Of a stretch of DNA of 64,000 nucleotides, positions 1 through 24,409 are shown one piece after another; position 1 is the first letter of the stretch, and each line of letters opens with the position of its first letter. Below the pieces are notes generated by a model. That model had not been told where the DNA came from and searched no databases. It saw only the letters and a program-made list of their open reading frames with translations. Position numbers and translations under genes: made by a program. The stretch is from Lytechinus pictus (taxonomy: Eukaryota), in the NCBI RefSeq assembly GCF_037042905.1, contig NC_087256.1:9424001-9488000 (forward strand). The letters are read 5' to 3'.

Positions 1-7
1 AGGAGAA

Positions 8-39
<32 letters not shown>

Positions 40-64
40 TGAGAAGAGAGAGAGGGGAGAGAGA
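1..64. repeat. (GA)n microsatellite
   Basis: Imperfect GA dinucleotide run, followed by a poly-G tract. Confidence 0.9.
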
Positions 65-384
65 AAATGGGGGGGGGGGCAAATAAAACCAACGCCAAGT
101 CTGAAATATATATTTTTTTAATGACAACATCAAAGTTCAAGGGGCGGAAGCAAATATTAGGTCATTTAAGGCTATAATTATAAAACAAATACATCAAAGT
201 TTTGTTTAGATTATCATCATCCTTCATTGATGGGGTATGTATACATAGTTTGCAGAAAATGAACCTTGATCAGACGTAGAACCAGATTATGGGCAGGTTG
301 GAGGGGCGGGGGACGGGGAATCTAACTAACGTCCAACCAAGAAACTTCCCACAGTTTCCTGAGCATTATTGTTAACTTAGTACT

Positions 385-715
385 AAAAACGTCTTGGTTG
401 AAAACAGTTTTCGTACCGTGATGTAGAACGAATTCAATAACACAGTAAATTAATTGTAAACGCAAGGCAAATCACAATGAACAGCTATTAGGTCTTTGTC
501 GAAAATTGGTGAACCGGAGCAGCAGTTTCGTCTTAGTTTTCGGAGCTGACGAAAAATTGCAAATATGTCGTTTGTTCAGAGTCCAGGACGAAACTGCTGT
601 TTTGATTCAACAATTTTCGACAAAGACTTCTTGGTTGCTCATTGTCATGAAGGACATTTGACAGGATTCATTTTTCTGTGTTCTTGAATCTGTCGTGCGT
701 CGTGGAGTGAAAACT
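385..715. mobile_element. Palindromic interspersed repeat (MITE-like); second copy at ~25705-25990
   Basis: Both loci share aaatcacaat..acagct..aggtctttgtcgaaaattgg...gctgacgaaaaattgcaaata...cgacaaagact. Internal inverted symmetry (gtctttgtcgaaaattg / caattttcgacaaagac). Boundaries approximate. Confidence 0.6.
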
Positions 716-727
716 CCCCAATATCAG

Positions 728-759
<32 letters not shown>

Positions 760-1166
760 GGAAATCACCCATTCTTTCACATTACTGTTGTTAGAGATGA
801 TGAACCATGGTTTACAATAGTGAGATACTTAAATCATAGTAGAATTGGTAAATAACCTCTCAAACAATTGTAAATGCCCCGAATCACCTGATTGTATTCA
901 ATACTTTCCATGGTTATTCCATTATGTACAATAAATATGTAAAAACTTCAAATCCTTTACCCCTCTTATCTATCGGTCACCCATAAAGCTGAACTACTGC
1001 AAATATTATCTTTGACTTTGAAACAATCTTTATTTGACATCACCTATTTAAGTAACATTTCCTTGTGTTAAAATGTCACACGTGACTCTATCTGGTGTCG
1101 ACCATTAAGTTTTGGTTTCCATATTGCTAGAGCTACTGTGACCAAAGTTGGCTCTGAGAAATAAAC

Positions 1167-14118
<12,952 letters not shown>

Positions 14119-14156
14119 ATGGATCTGCGCCTGCGGTTATCAATTGCACACATTTA

Positions 14157-14162
14157 AATAAA
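14157..14162 (+). promoter_or_regulatory. Candidate polyadenylation signal of protease 1
   Basis: AATAAA ~40 nt after the stop codon; a second AATAAA lies at 14246-14251. Confidence 0.4.
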
Positions 14163-14684
14163 CTATATTGAGCAGCATTTCGAAAGGAATCACTTATACT
14201 GACAGTCTTATCAAGTTTAATGCTTACTTCAACTCCCTTTCATTGAATAAATCTACATTAAAAATAATATTGATTTTACTTAGGTGACCATAACTTCTTT
14301 TACTCTCAATTATCTCATGATTAATATATTTCCAAGTAGTTCATATAAATCTATTATGTTATATTTTGAATTGATTTCATTTCCTAAAGGGAAACAAGAA
14401 TGCAGGAAATCTGATCATTTCAGTACTCTGGTTTTTTTTTAATCAAAATAAGTGTTATTCTATATAATAAAGTACTCCGCACTGAATTTTGAATACAAAA
14501 TAATTTTGACCGCCTTTTCTTATAATTTTTTAAATCACTAACACATGTATTTCCATGTGATAAACCACGGAAAACATCATAATTATGTAAGGTAGGAGTG
14601 GCAATCATGATGCATTATTATTATTTGAGCAAGCGAATTTGAGGAAGAATCAAAGTCATTGTTTCCCGCCAAAACGATCACCAG

Positions 14685-14853
14685 GTGGGTGTTTCATAAA
14701 GCTGTTCGTAAGTTAAGAGCGACTTTAAGAACGATTGGTGATCCTTTCTTATGGCGAATGGTATTCATTAGCGATGGTTTTGCGCGTAAGAAAGGATCAC
14801 CAGTCGTTCTTAAAGTCGCTCTTAACTTACGAACAGCTTTATGAAACACCCAC
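14685..14853. mobile_element. Near-perfect palindromic MITE (PIF/Harbinger-like, CAG target duplication)
   Basis: ~65-bp arms gtgggtgtttcataaagctgttcgtaagttaagagcgactttaagaacga... / ...tcgttcttaaagtcgctcttaacttacgaacagctttatgaaacacccac, with cag on both sides. Confidence 0.85.
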
Positions 14854-14864
14854 CAGAACTCTAT

Positions 14865-15780
14865 GGCCCGTATTCTGAATTATGGCTTATCTTAGTCCAT
14901 TGGTCTAACTCTGTGCTAACACTATGGTCAGCCGAAAATGACACAATATTTGTTCACATTGTTTGTTTCACAAGTTTACTTTGCTATTTCGTCATGCCTT
15001 AATGATGGAAAATACAATTGGAACTTCCTGACAGTTATGAATAATTTGTATATCAATTAAATTAGTTTATTAGATTACCTGGTAAAAGGAACTTTGCACT
15101 GTTAGAGATTTGTGTCACATTTTGGTTATCCATAGTATAACCATAACTTAAAGTCCACCCCAACAAAAAGTGGATTTGAATAAAAAGAGAAAAATCCAAC
15201 AAGCACAACACAGAAAATTTCATCAAAATCGGATGTAAAATAAGAAAGTTATGACATTTTTTTATTTCGCTTAATTTCACAAAATAGTTATATTCACATC
15301 CTGGTCAGTATGCAAATGAGGGAACTAATGACATCACTCACTCCCTATTATTTTGTATTTTATTATATGACATATTCTAATTTTCTCCTAATTGTCCTGT
15401 GAAACAAAGTTTTATTTCGCCCGGAACATGTGGAATTACCATTGTTTAACATTTTATATTTCAGTCAAGTTGGTCTTTATTGTCAAATCTGTCAAAATTG
15501 AAATATTGTATAATTCAAACAAAAAACAAAAGAAATAATGAGTGAGGAACATCATCGATTCTCTCATTTGCATGTGACTAAATTGTGCATATAGCTATTT
15601 TGTGAAAAATAAGCGAAACCTTAAAATGTCATAACTTTCTTATTTTACATCCGATTTTGATGAAATTTTCAGCATTATGCTTGCCCGATTTTTCTCTATT
15701 GATTCAAATCAACATTTTTCTGAGGTGGACTTGACCTTTAAAAGCAGAATTTGTGGTAAACTCGAGTTCAGAAGAAGGGC
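14865..15780. mobile_element. MITE (ggcccgtattctgaa...ttcagaagaagggc) interrupted by a Kolobok-like MITE
   Basis: Degenerate inverted termini flank the inserted ~600-bp element at 15148-15741. Confidence 0.55.
15148..15741. mobile_element. ~600-bp TTAA-flanked (Kolobok-like) MITE, copy 2
   Basis: ttaaagtccaccccaacaaaaagtggatttgaat ... ctgaggtggacttgacctttaa; long TIRs. Confidence 0.85.
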
Positions 15781-17441
15781 ACATTAGTTGATGACGTCAA
15801 GGGGGCGGAACTTGCTTTCGCAATATATTTTATTAAGAGAGTTGGTCTGATCTCAATATTGATACATCAACACCTGTCCATTGGTCATAATAAAGTCTTA
15901 AGAAAATCGTTCTTTTTCACCATTTTCACTCTGATTTACATTATAAATGACTTATATAGCTTTGGTATATTTCCACAAATTTATTAGAATAATTCAAAAT
16001 AAAAAGAAAATACTACAAATGTTTATTGTGAAAAACTTGAAATGCACGATTCTTAAACCTATGAGCCTGAACAATTTTAAGATGTAAGGTTAAGAATCAA
16101 TTTTCAGACCCAGTGTATGGTATGGACATATTTTATATTTCAATATGTTAGGTACTGTATAATGGTTATCCTACCGAAAATCATATTGTTCATTTTACTG
16201 AATGAATGAAATGAAGATTGATACAAAAATACACCTGTAGGCCTTAAGTAATTACGAAGTAGTTTGATATTTAATTGAGAACATTGTATCATTATATCAA
16301 ATTTCAGTGCGTCTTTTATATAAACTCACACAAGCGGATGCAAAAGGAAATAACAATAATATAACACAAATTGGTTGTTTATAGGAATTGTTATTGTAAT
16401 CTTATATCTACTTTGTATTGGTTTTAGGTAATATTTTTTCATTGGCTCAGTTTTGGGGGTATTGCAGTTGTACAATTCACAGAGCAAAACAATGTCGGTG
16501 GAATACAGGTCCTTTTTTTATTTTACCTTCCTAAGAATTTTCCTCCTCTGCGATTAGGTTTTTTGACGTAAGATATATCACTTATTCAAACAAATTAACA
16601 AAATAAATGGTTATCAATATTTCGGAGATTTTATTGAATACTTATTGATTACTAAAATTATGATGAATACTGTAATATTATACTTTAAAAAAGTAAAACC
16701 AAGACATTTATTTTCCAAGGTACATCTTTCCTGCCTAGGTAAGAGTAGTGAGTAATGATTCCAGTTAGCTAAATTTATTTAGAATCCCCCCAACAACAAC
16801 ATAACAACGTGCATATATACAGTATATAATTTTATGTTTAGATACCATATTATATTTCAAGTCATTATGTTTGTCGAAATGTGAATATCGAAACTTAGCT
16901 ATCATGATTTTGGAAACAACTGATGTGTTAAAAATATATTAAACACCACAAACCCCAAAAATCATTCTATGATAGTTGAAGAATTGAGTTTCACTGCATC
17001 AGTTCGCCATGATCGGTCGAAGTCAGATACTGATTTCAATAAAATTTCGAATCTCGAAGCACGAATCAGAATGATTCGGTTAAAAATGAAGAATTATGAG
17101 AGAAAGAGAGACGGAGATGTGTGGGTGTGTGTGTGAGGGAGAGAATGGGTGGGGGTGGATGTAGGTGTGTGTGAGAGAGAACGCCTTGCATCATTTCCCT
17201 ACTCAACGCACATCAGGATAGTGTATATCAAAACCCTTACTTAAGAGAGATAAATTAGTTCTTACTGGATTTTCATGAAACACTGCCCTGAACATGTAGA
17301 AGGAACGAAACCATTTATGTCTAACCCAAATTTTTTTTTCAATATTTTTTTTCAAACTGCCGAGCTGAGTTTGACTTGAAACATTAATTCAATCTTACAT
17401 CAAATAAAGATAAGGCTGAGGAGCAAGAAACCTATCCATGT

Positions 17442-18902
17442 TTAGGTATCAATGTCCATAATTCGTTTCTTCTGGGTTTCCTCCTGACACAGTCCAGTCC
17501 ACCAGTCATGGAAGTTTGGATGTTCATCCTGCCATGTATACTCGCCAGGTCTCAAAGACTTCTTGAGCAACGTCATGATAATGTAACACAACCTATCCCC
17601 AGTCTGGATACGAGTTGTCAGCATCGTAGAAGATTTCTCCACTCGACCGACTCTCCGCCATGCAAAGTATTCAAGGTACAGTTCATCGTTGCGATCCAGG
17701 AGATTGATGTAATCTACAAACTCCTGGACCGTCTTGAAGTCGTCAAAGTGGATGAAAGAATGAGGCGGCGCAAGACGTTCGTAATCTTTCTTCGGAGGTC
17801 CGTAGACTATTGGAACAGAACCTGTGAGAAGTGCATTGTACCAGAACTTTTCCGTGATGTACTCTGGACATTGGCTATTCTCCAAGGCGAGGTTGAATTT
17901 GTACTCCGATTGGATGGAATAACAGCCATTCGTGTAGCGAAGGCACTGCAAGCGTCCGCAAAGACCAAATGTATCAATGTCCAAGTACTTCTCCAACTCG
18001 TGTACAAATCTTGTCCTTCCCCAGCTGGTGTGATTGCAGTTAGATGACGCCCAATACATTAGTTTCTTCTTTCGAAGAACCATAGGACTTTTTTCTGAGT
18101 TGTGGGAATCCACGTAGTAATACGCCGGAGCAATATCTACACTCGACAGGTAGCTAATTGAAATATTATATGGATTCCCGAATTCTGGAGGTGGGTACTG
18201 TTCCGGGGTATGAATAGGTGCTTCTTTTGAGTGGAAAACCCAGAGTTGTCCCTTTGGCCGAGATTCAATAACCGACTTCCAATCCCGTTTTTCTGGAATG
18301 AGAAATACGACATCGCTCTCTTGAATGTCTTCGAGTGTGTCACCAACCTTGGTTTCAAAGTGGCAGTTTGAAAATTTGCAGTAAAATTTCGTCCATCTTT
18401 TGTTCTCTTCTTTGATCATTCGTTTACACATCTTCCTACATAATTGGAGAACTTTGATGACGCATGTGTTCGGGCTTTTGTGGTTCTGCCTCTGGCTTAC
18501 TGAGTTGTGTATCTTGTACAAGAGTCTGTTTTCCTGGAAAGTTACATTGTGCTTCATGCTTATCAAAGCATTTGCCAGCCATTTACTGTGCCTACCATCG
18601 TTCAGTTCCCCCTTAATCTCACGATTCGTTCTCTCAAATTTGAGGGCATCGGAACTGAGCTTGAGGTTCTTCAATATTGGAATATATTCATAATAATCAT
18701 GCCTGTCGTGGGAAGTCTGAACTTTCTCCGTATCACCTGCATCTCTCTCTTGTTCATTGGCAGTCAAACTATTTTGGTTGTATTGGAAATCGGCATGCGT
18801 TTTTCTTTGAGAGTAAGCTTCAATAGTTAGATGAAGAGCGATGACAAACATGACAACTCCGAATATCTTCAGTACTGTCCGCAGGGATATTAACTTCAGC
18901 AT
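17442..18902 (-). CDS. Alpha-1,3/4-fucosyltransferase (GT10), type II Golgi membrane protein, 486 aa
   Basis: Single open frame. N-terminal TM segment (IFGVVMFVIALHLTI), long stem, WVFHSKEAP, WASSNC, and the GT10 motif YKFNLALENSQCPEYITEKFWYNALLTGSVPIVYG...YERLAPPHSFIH...YFAWR. An acceptor tttgttccgtttgcag at ~18985 implies an upstream non-coding exon. Confidence 0.93.
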   Translation of the reverse strand: MLKLISLRTVLKIFGVVMFVIALHLTIEAYSQRKTHADFQYNQNSLTANEQERDAGDTEKVQTSHDRHDYYEYIPILKNLKLSSDALKFERTNREIKGELNDGRHSKWLANALISMKHNVTFQENRLLYKIHNSVSQRQNHKSPNTCVIKVLQLCRKMCKRMIKEENKRWTKFYCKFSNCHFETKVGDTLEDIQESDVVFLIPEKRDWKSVIESRPKGQLWVFHSKEAPIHTPEQYPPPEFGNPYNISISYLSSVDIAPAYYYVDSHNSEKSPMVLRKKKLMYWASSNCNHTSWGRTRFVHELEKYLDIDTFGLCGRLQCLRYTNGCYSIQSEYKFNLALENSQCPEYITEKFWYNALLTGSVPIVYGPPKKDYERLAPPHSFIHFDDFKTVQEFVDYINLLDRNDELYLEYFAWRRVGRVEKSSTMLTTRIQTGDRLCYIIMTLLKKSLRPGEYTWQDEHPNFHDWWTGLCQEETQKKRIMDIDT

Positions 18903-21247
18903 GTTGAATGGTCGAGCGATTCGTCTTCACGTGGCTTGTTCAAGAAGAGAAGGCTTCGAGTGCTTATGATATCGTGTATATTGTCTGCAAACGGAACAAA
19001 TGATACATGTTATATTAAATTAAAAATAATAATGATAGGTCAATACCATTACATTGATTCAGATGTCCCCCAATATTTCCTAATTTCCAATTACCTTAAA
19101 GCCACTAAATTCTTGATTAGAGATCGGGGAAGAAACCTGTTCTGAATTTCCCCCACTTATGTACCACTAATTGCGTAATTTGTTTATAAATGCATCTTAG
19201 ATTACAACTTTTTTTATAGACAGGGCTCCATTTATCTCGCTATTGAACAACAATTGAATTGAATTGAATTATGGCGTATAATTTCCTAACGCCAGATAAT
19301 GTGATAAAAAAGTCCCTTTAGTGTTTGTACATGTACTCAAAGTACATTCAGTCATTCATCGTATACAATTATCATAAAAATGAATTAAAGACATACATGT
19401 ACATTAAGTTACGAGTGAGCTAGTGGTGGTTATCATGGAAGGCGTAATTAGGCTTATACATGTATAAAAATTCAGCGATGTGTAAATCATTGTTGACCCA
19501 CTTAACATTTTTAAAGATTGAACATGAAACTACGGCAGGAATGGCTTCACAGTGAACTTGGTAGGTTGATAAATGCACGTAAGTTCACAAACTGCATTAT
19601 AAACCCAGACATAAAGCATTCGAGGTAATATTGATTCTTTGGACTAGGTTCGATGATGAAAAGAATTATATCGATCGTTATCCTTTCGCAATGAAGACCT
19701 CTGTGAAGTTAAGACGGAGTAAGATCAATAAAGCCGTGCTAGCTGTGCTAACTCGAATGATGTTTCTGAGTTGACCATTGTATACTCTCGATATATTTAC
19801 GTGTTTTCTGCTTAATACACAACATATACATGTACAGTACACATTTTTACTTGAATGTACGTTATTTCCATGTTTTTATAAAAAGTCAATCTAAGATTAT
19901 GATAATAATAATCAATGATAATGACGATGATAACATTTAACTATGGTCTTATTCCTCTCTTGATTCGGCATGTTACAGGAAAAACTTTTACGTGTACAAA
20001 AAACGAGGGTAAGAATACGTCCTTGCTCTCATTTCCGAATACATATTTCTAATGTCGTTTTTAGAGTGTATTACTCAGATCTATTTACGTTTTGAGTAAA
20101 GACCTATATTAATGTTTAATGAAAAATAAAAAAGTAGTTCCAAGTTTTGCATCCTGATGGGAGCTTCACCACTCTGTTTTAGAGGTATCAATTCTCCTCT
20201 TTGAGAATCTCTTTAGACCTATTGGCTGTGGTTGGTACCCTTTCAACAAAACACTGCAGAAAAAAGTACGTGGTTGGTAGCCTAATAGACCAAACAAATT
20301 CAACGCAAAACATGAATCATACTCACTCAATGAAGGGCTGATGAATTTGAATGATGAACTTCTTCTTGGTTATCTGATTTCGTAAGTTCCCAAGCTAATG
20401 GTGGTCGTTACATGTCAAACTGGAGATTATTCTGTGATCGATGGTAGAGTATAGCGTATAAGCCGATTTGAAGACACCATATCAAGGAAAGAAAAAAAAT
20501 CTTATGATTTGACAAAAATGATGGCAAATTGGAACGAAGATAGATGAGGAATGTGGGTTTGATTACTAAAATATATGAAGAAAAAAAATGTCAGTGGTAA
20601 TAAATACAACAGTCAAATAAGTTATGGCGATAAAAAAAAACACATACAAGAAGAAGATATGTATGAAGGCGTAGAAGAACATGTAGAAAAGGAAGAAAAA
20701 GGAAGTAGGCCCTGGAAGTAGGGGTGTGGGAATAGATCGATTTTTTTTTCACTAAAAATGAAAAGAAAGACATTACAACCATAAAAAACTAAGTGCTCTA
20801 AAATGCTAACCTGGGGGGGGGGGGGGCTGGGGCAGGATCATTCTACTATCTGACTATTATACTGTTTGATAAATGGTATCCGATTGGGCTAGACATTTTT
20901 CATGCATATATTACGTAAATGTTGAGTCACGTCAATGGCTGTAAGAAACTCGATTTCTGTAGAAATATATTCTCATAGGCTTACTATTTTGAAGGGTTGA
21001 ATAAACAGTATTGTGTCTCTTGCTCGCCACCGGGACTCTTCGCCCCCCCCCCTCCTCTGACAGTACACCACATTCTTTCCTTCCATTTTCATAAATGAGA
21101 TAAAGGTAAAATACAATGAATTGTAAATATGAAACTTATCTCCATATGGATACAGTCGATTGTATCTGTGTATGCTATGCAACCCTGGTCAATCTTATTC
21201 TACCTCGAACTCCCTAGTTATACTTTATTTGAATCTTATTCGGTACC

Positions 21248-21509
21248 AAGGGCGGAAATCTCTCTCCAACAAAGGTAGGGGACCTGGGGCTGAAAAATTT
21301 GACAAGCAAAAAAAAAAAAAAAAAAAAAAGGTTACCACCCAAAAAGTAAGGTCATCTCGTCCAAAATACATGTTTCATTCGATTTTGAATGATGTATTTC
21401 TTTCCATCATAAAAGACCAAAAATAGTAGGGGACATTTGATATTGTGTCCCCTAATATTTTGGCTAGGGGGACGCGTCCCCTGTATCCCCCTGGGATTTC
21501 CGCCCATGT
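21248..21509 (+). mobile_element. Short GC-ended interspersed repeat (same family as 2985-3320)
   Basis: Inverted ends agggcggaaatc ... gatttccgcccatg; body shared with 2985-3320. Confidence 0.75.
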
Positions 21510-23059
21510 TTGGTACAGGAAAGGGTCACCAGTCGTAAGTAAGATCACGCGTATAACTTCCAATCAGCTTCATGAAACGGCCCCAGGGTCATCTCTAGCT
21601 CTCATGCAAGAAATAAATTGAAATTGGATTGTTAACCTACTCACTCTTTTATTTTCTTTTAACCCTTTTACAGGGGATCCTTTATTGAACATAATAGCAT
21701 CTTATGTACACAGTATTGTTTCATTTCAAAACATCAAAAGATTTTCACAATATCTGATCCATGGTATTTTACAATATGTAGAGATTCTAGGTGAACGTAT
21801 ATATTTTATGTATCAAAACACAATAAGACAATCAAAATACGACAAAATACACTTAATATACTCGGGCAATTCACATTTCGACAACCACAACATTGATATA
21901 GGCTAGATGTCTATTTTAGTTCATATCTGCTCAAAACAATTTGCAATATACCTTCGTCTTTAGATCAATTTATCCCGTGCTGTCGCTTCACTTTCAGGTT
22001 TGTGCAATATCTTTTGATGTATTACAATAAATGATACTAGTATCACTGTGTAATTGCGATATTCGTTCATAGTTTGTGACGATTTTACAAGAAAAGCAGC
22101 AGTATATAGCAATTAATCGTTATAAAACAAAAATCATAACGGCTCAACGCTTCAACTTCAGTGATTATTATTATCAGCATATTCCTATAAGATGGTATAA
22201 TATGCACGATTTAAAAAATATTGATAAGTGATTATAATACAAGAATAATACTAGTAGATATAATATTCAAGATGAATAACGTATGGCAGCAGCTCTCTAT
22301 TGTGAATAAATCAAATACGTTGTATAAGATTGGGCTTTAAATCAGGCCCATTTCTCTTTAATAACTAATCGCAAAACTGAAAAGAGAAATTAAGGCAGTG
22401 TATAAATGGTCTGATAAAACCCTCTCGAAACATACTAAACAAACTTAATACTACCAACCTATGGTTTCCATATCACATTCAACTCCTTTTGTCTTAAAAA
22501 AAAGATCAATTTCAGAACAAAATCTAAAATCTAGTGCCTGAATATTGAATATTTGAGCAGAATCTGAAAAACTTGATAATAATATACAAGCCCAAGTAGA
22601 TTTGGATCATATTCAGTTTGAATAGTTTGTTTTAGAGTGTATTATATATGAATTTGTAGTGAATATAAAATATCTCTTCTTACGTACATAAATTTAAATC
22701 TTTTATTTCTACAACTAAGATCGAATAGCTACATTTCCATGATATACAATTTCATAATGAAAGCAGTGGTCGATGATATCAGTCCACGAAATTATTTTGT
22801 TTCTCCCTTGTTCGTAGAACCCATGTCTTAATTCTATATCGTTTAGATAAAATTAAACTGAGGTCAAATAAAAAGGTAAATTAATAATAATAATAATAAT
22901 GATAATATGAAAATCTATCCTAGAGACTGAACTCTGGAAAATAAAAGTGTAGAAAGGGGTGCATCACCCCTCAAAAGGGTCAAAGAGTCGCAGAAATTTA
23001 AGAGTGAAAAGCGTTATAATTCCTCGGATTTTCCCACATCTCAGCCTTTGTATTTCAAA

Positions 23060-23380
23060 GTGCCACCCTTTTTTCATACACCCCATATTATATCCTAAAC
23101 CAATGTCATACCCTGCCCCATATTTTAAATGCCTCAAGTCCAAAATCACACATTCCATCCCATTTCCTTTGGCATATCCTTTACCCCATCCGATCATTCT
23201 AACCCCACATACTATACCCCATTATCCTGTACTAAAACCTTTGCCTCATATCCGGTACCGTATCCTGTACCCCATATCCTATACCACATCCTATAATCCA
23301 TTGTGGCGCACTACATACTATCCAGAAATCATATACCACATGTCCTATACCCTGTCATATTTACCCCATATCCAATGACC
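23060..23380. repeat. Degenerate low-complexity (ACCCCAT/ATATCC)-rich repeat
   Basis: Recurrent accccat, atatcct and atacc words; strongly G-poor on the + strand. Confidence 0.55.
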
Positions 23381-23529
23381 AATATTTACTTTAACCCTTC
23401 AACTTGAACATTTTTTTAACTGAGCATTGAGTATAATTTCCTACTGCTTTTTGAAAGGTATACATTCATGTTTTAATATTATTCTCAATGATAAAGGAAG
23501 AGATTATCGGAGATCAGTTCCCTTTAGGG

Positions 23530-24409
23530 TCATAACTGAGATATCAGTTCGATAAGGTCCAAGAGCTTTATACGCGATAAAGGTTCCCTATACAGGCATT
23601 TCTCTCCTATATCTTTAAGATCATCGTTTCCTAAGTCATATCCCATAATGTAAATGAGTTGTCCAATCTGATACACATCACTCGCTCGGGTCGTCGCTGC
23701 GTTGTCAAATATCAATTCTGGTGCGTAGTGGATCGACAACGGATCCTCTTCATAATAATCTCTCTCGGTCTGCCCAAAGTCGTAGATCGCGGACAGGAGC
23801 GTCGTCGATGCATTACCCAGATCGATAAGGTACCCACTGAATAAGTCGTGGTCGGATTGTTTGACGATTACATTATCACCCTTGATGTCATTGTGCAAGA
23901 TGTCCATCGAGTGTAAGGCCTTCAAGGCAGAAAGGATATCAAGCATCACTGTCTTTGCGTGGTGGATGCTGACGTGTTCCTCTTGCGTCCATGTATTCAG
24001 AGTCCTCACCTTATACGTGCTATCATCACCTAGAAACTCCATTGCAATGGCAGTATTATTCCCGAGACTACCGACCCCGTACATGCGCGGAAATACGCCG
24101 GTGCCGGCGAAGAGTCTGATGAGGCGCGCTTCGAGGATGATCTCCTGCCGACGTACTTCGTAGTCGTCAGCGGTCGCGTGCAATATCTTCATCGCCACGG
24201 TCTTTCCTTGTCGTCCACGCTTCTGCCGGTAAGCGAAAACTCTCCCGAAGGCCCCTCCGCCAAGAGTGATGACAGAATTGGTCTTGTCAACGATAGGTTC
24301 GTATTTCTCGGCAATATTCACTTTCGCTAGGGGTGTAGTCTTTCTGAGTAATGCGAAATGAATTTCATTTAGGTCTTTGAACTGACAGTCCGCTGTGTCT
24401 TTCAAAAGT
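23530..24409 (-). CDS. Kinase-domain terminal exon of the gene above
   Basis: Recognisable kinase subdomains from the Gly loop to the subdomain XI Arg in one exon. Acceptor ttcttatttcag at 24410-24421; stop TGA at 23530. Confidence 0.9.

Noticed and set aside
17508-18830. + strand ORFs overlapping the fucosyltransferase
   Set aside because: Antisense shadows of a real CDS.
22959-23378. 139-aa Pro/Tyr/His-rich ORF
   Set aside because: Product of a low-complexity CCCATA-rich repeat, with a GTG start and no splice context.
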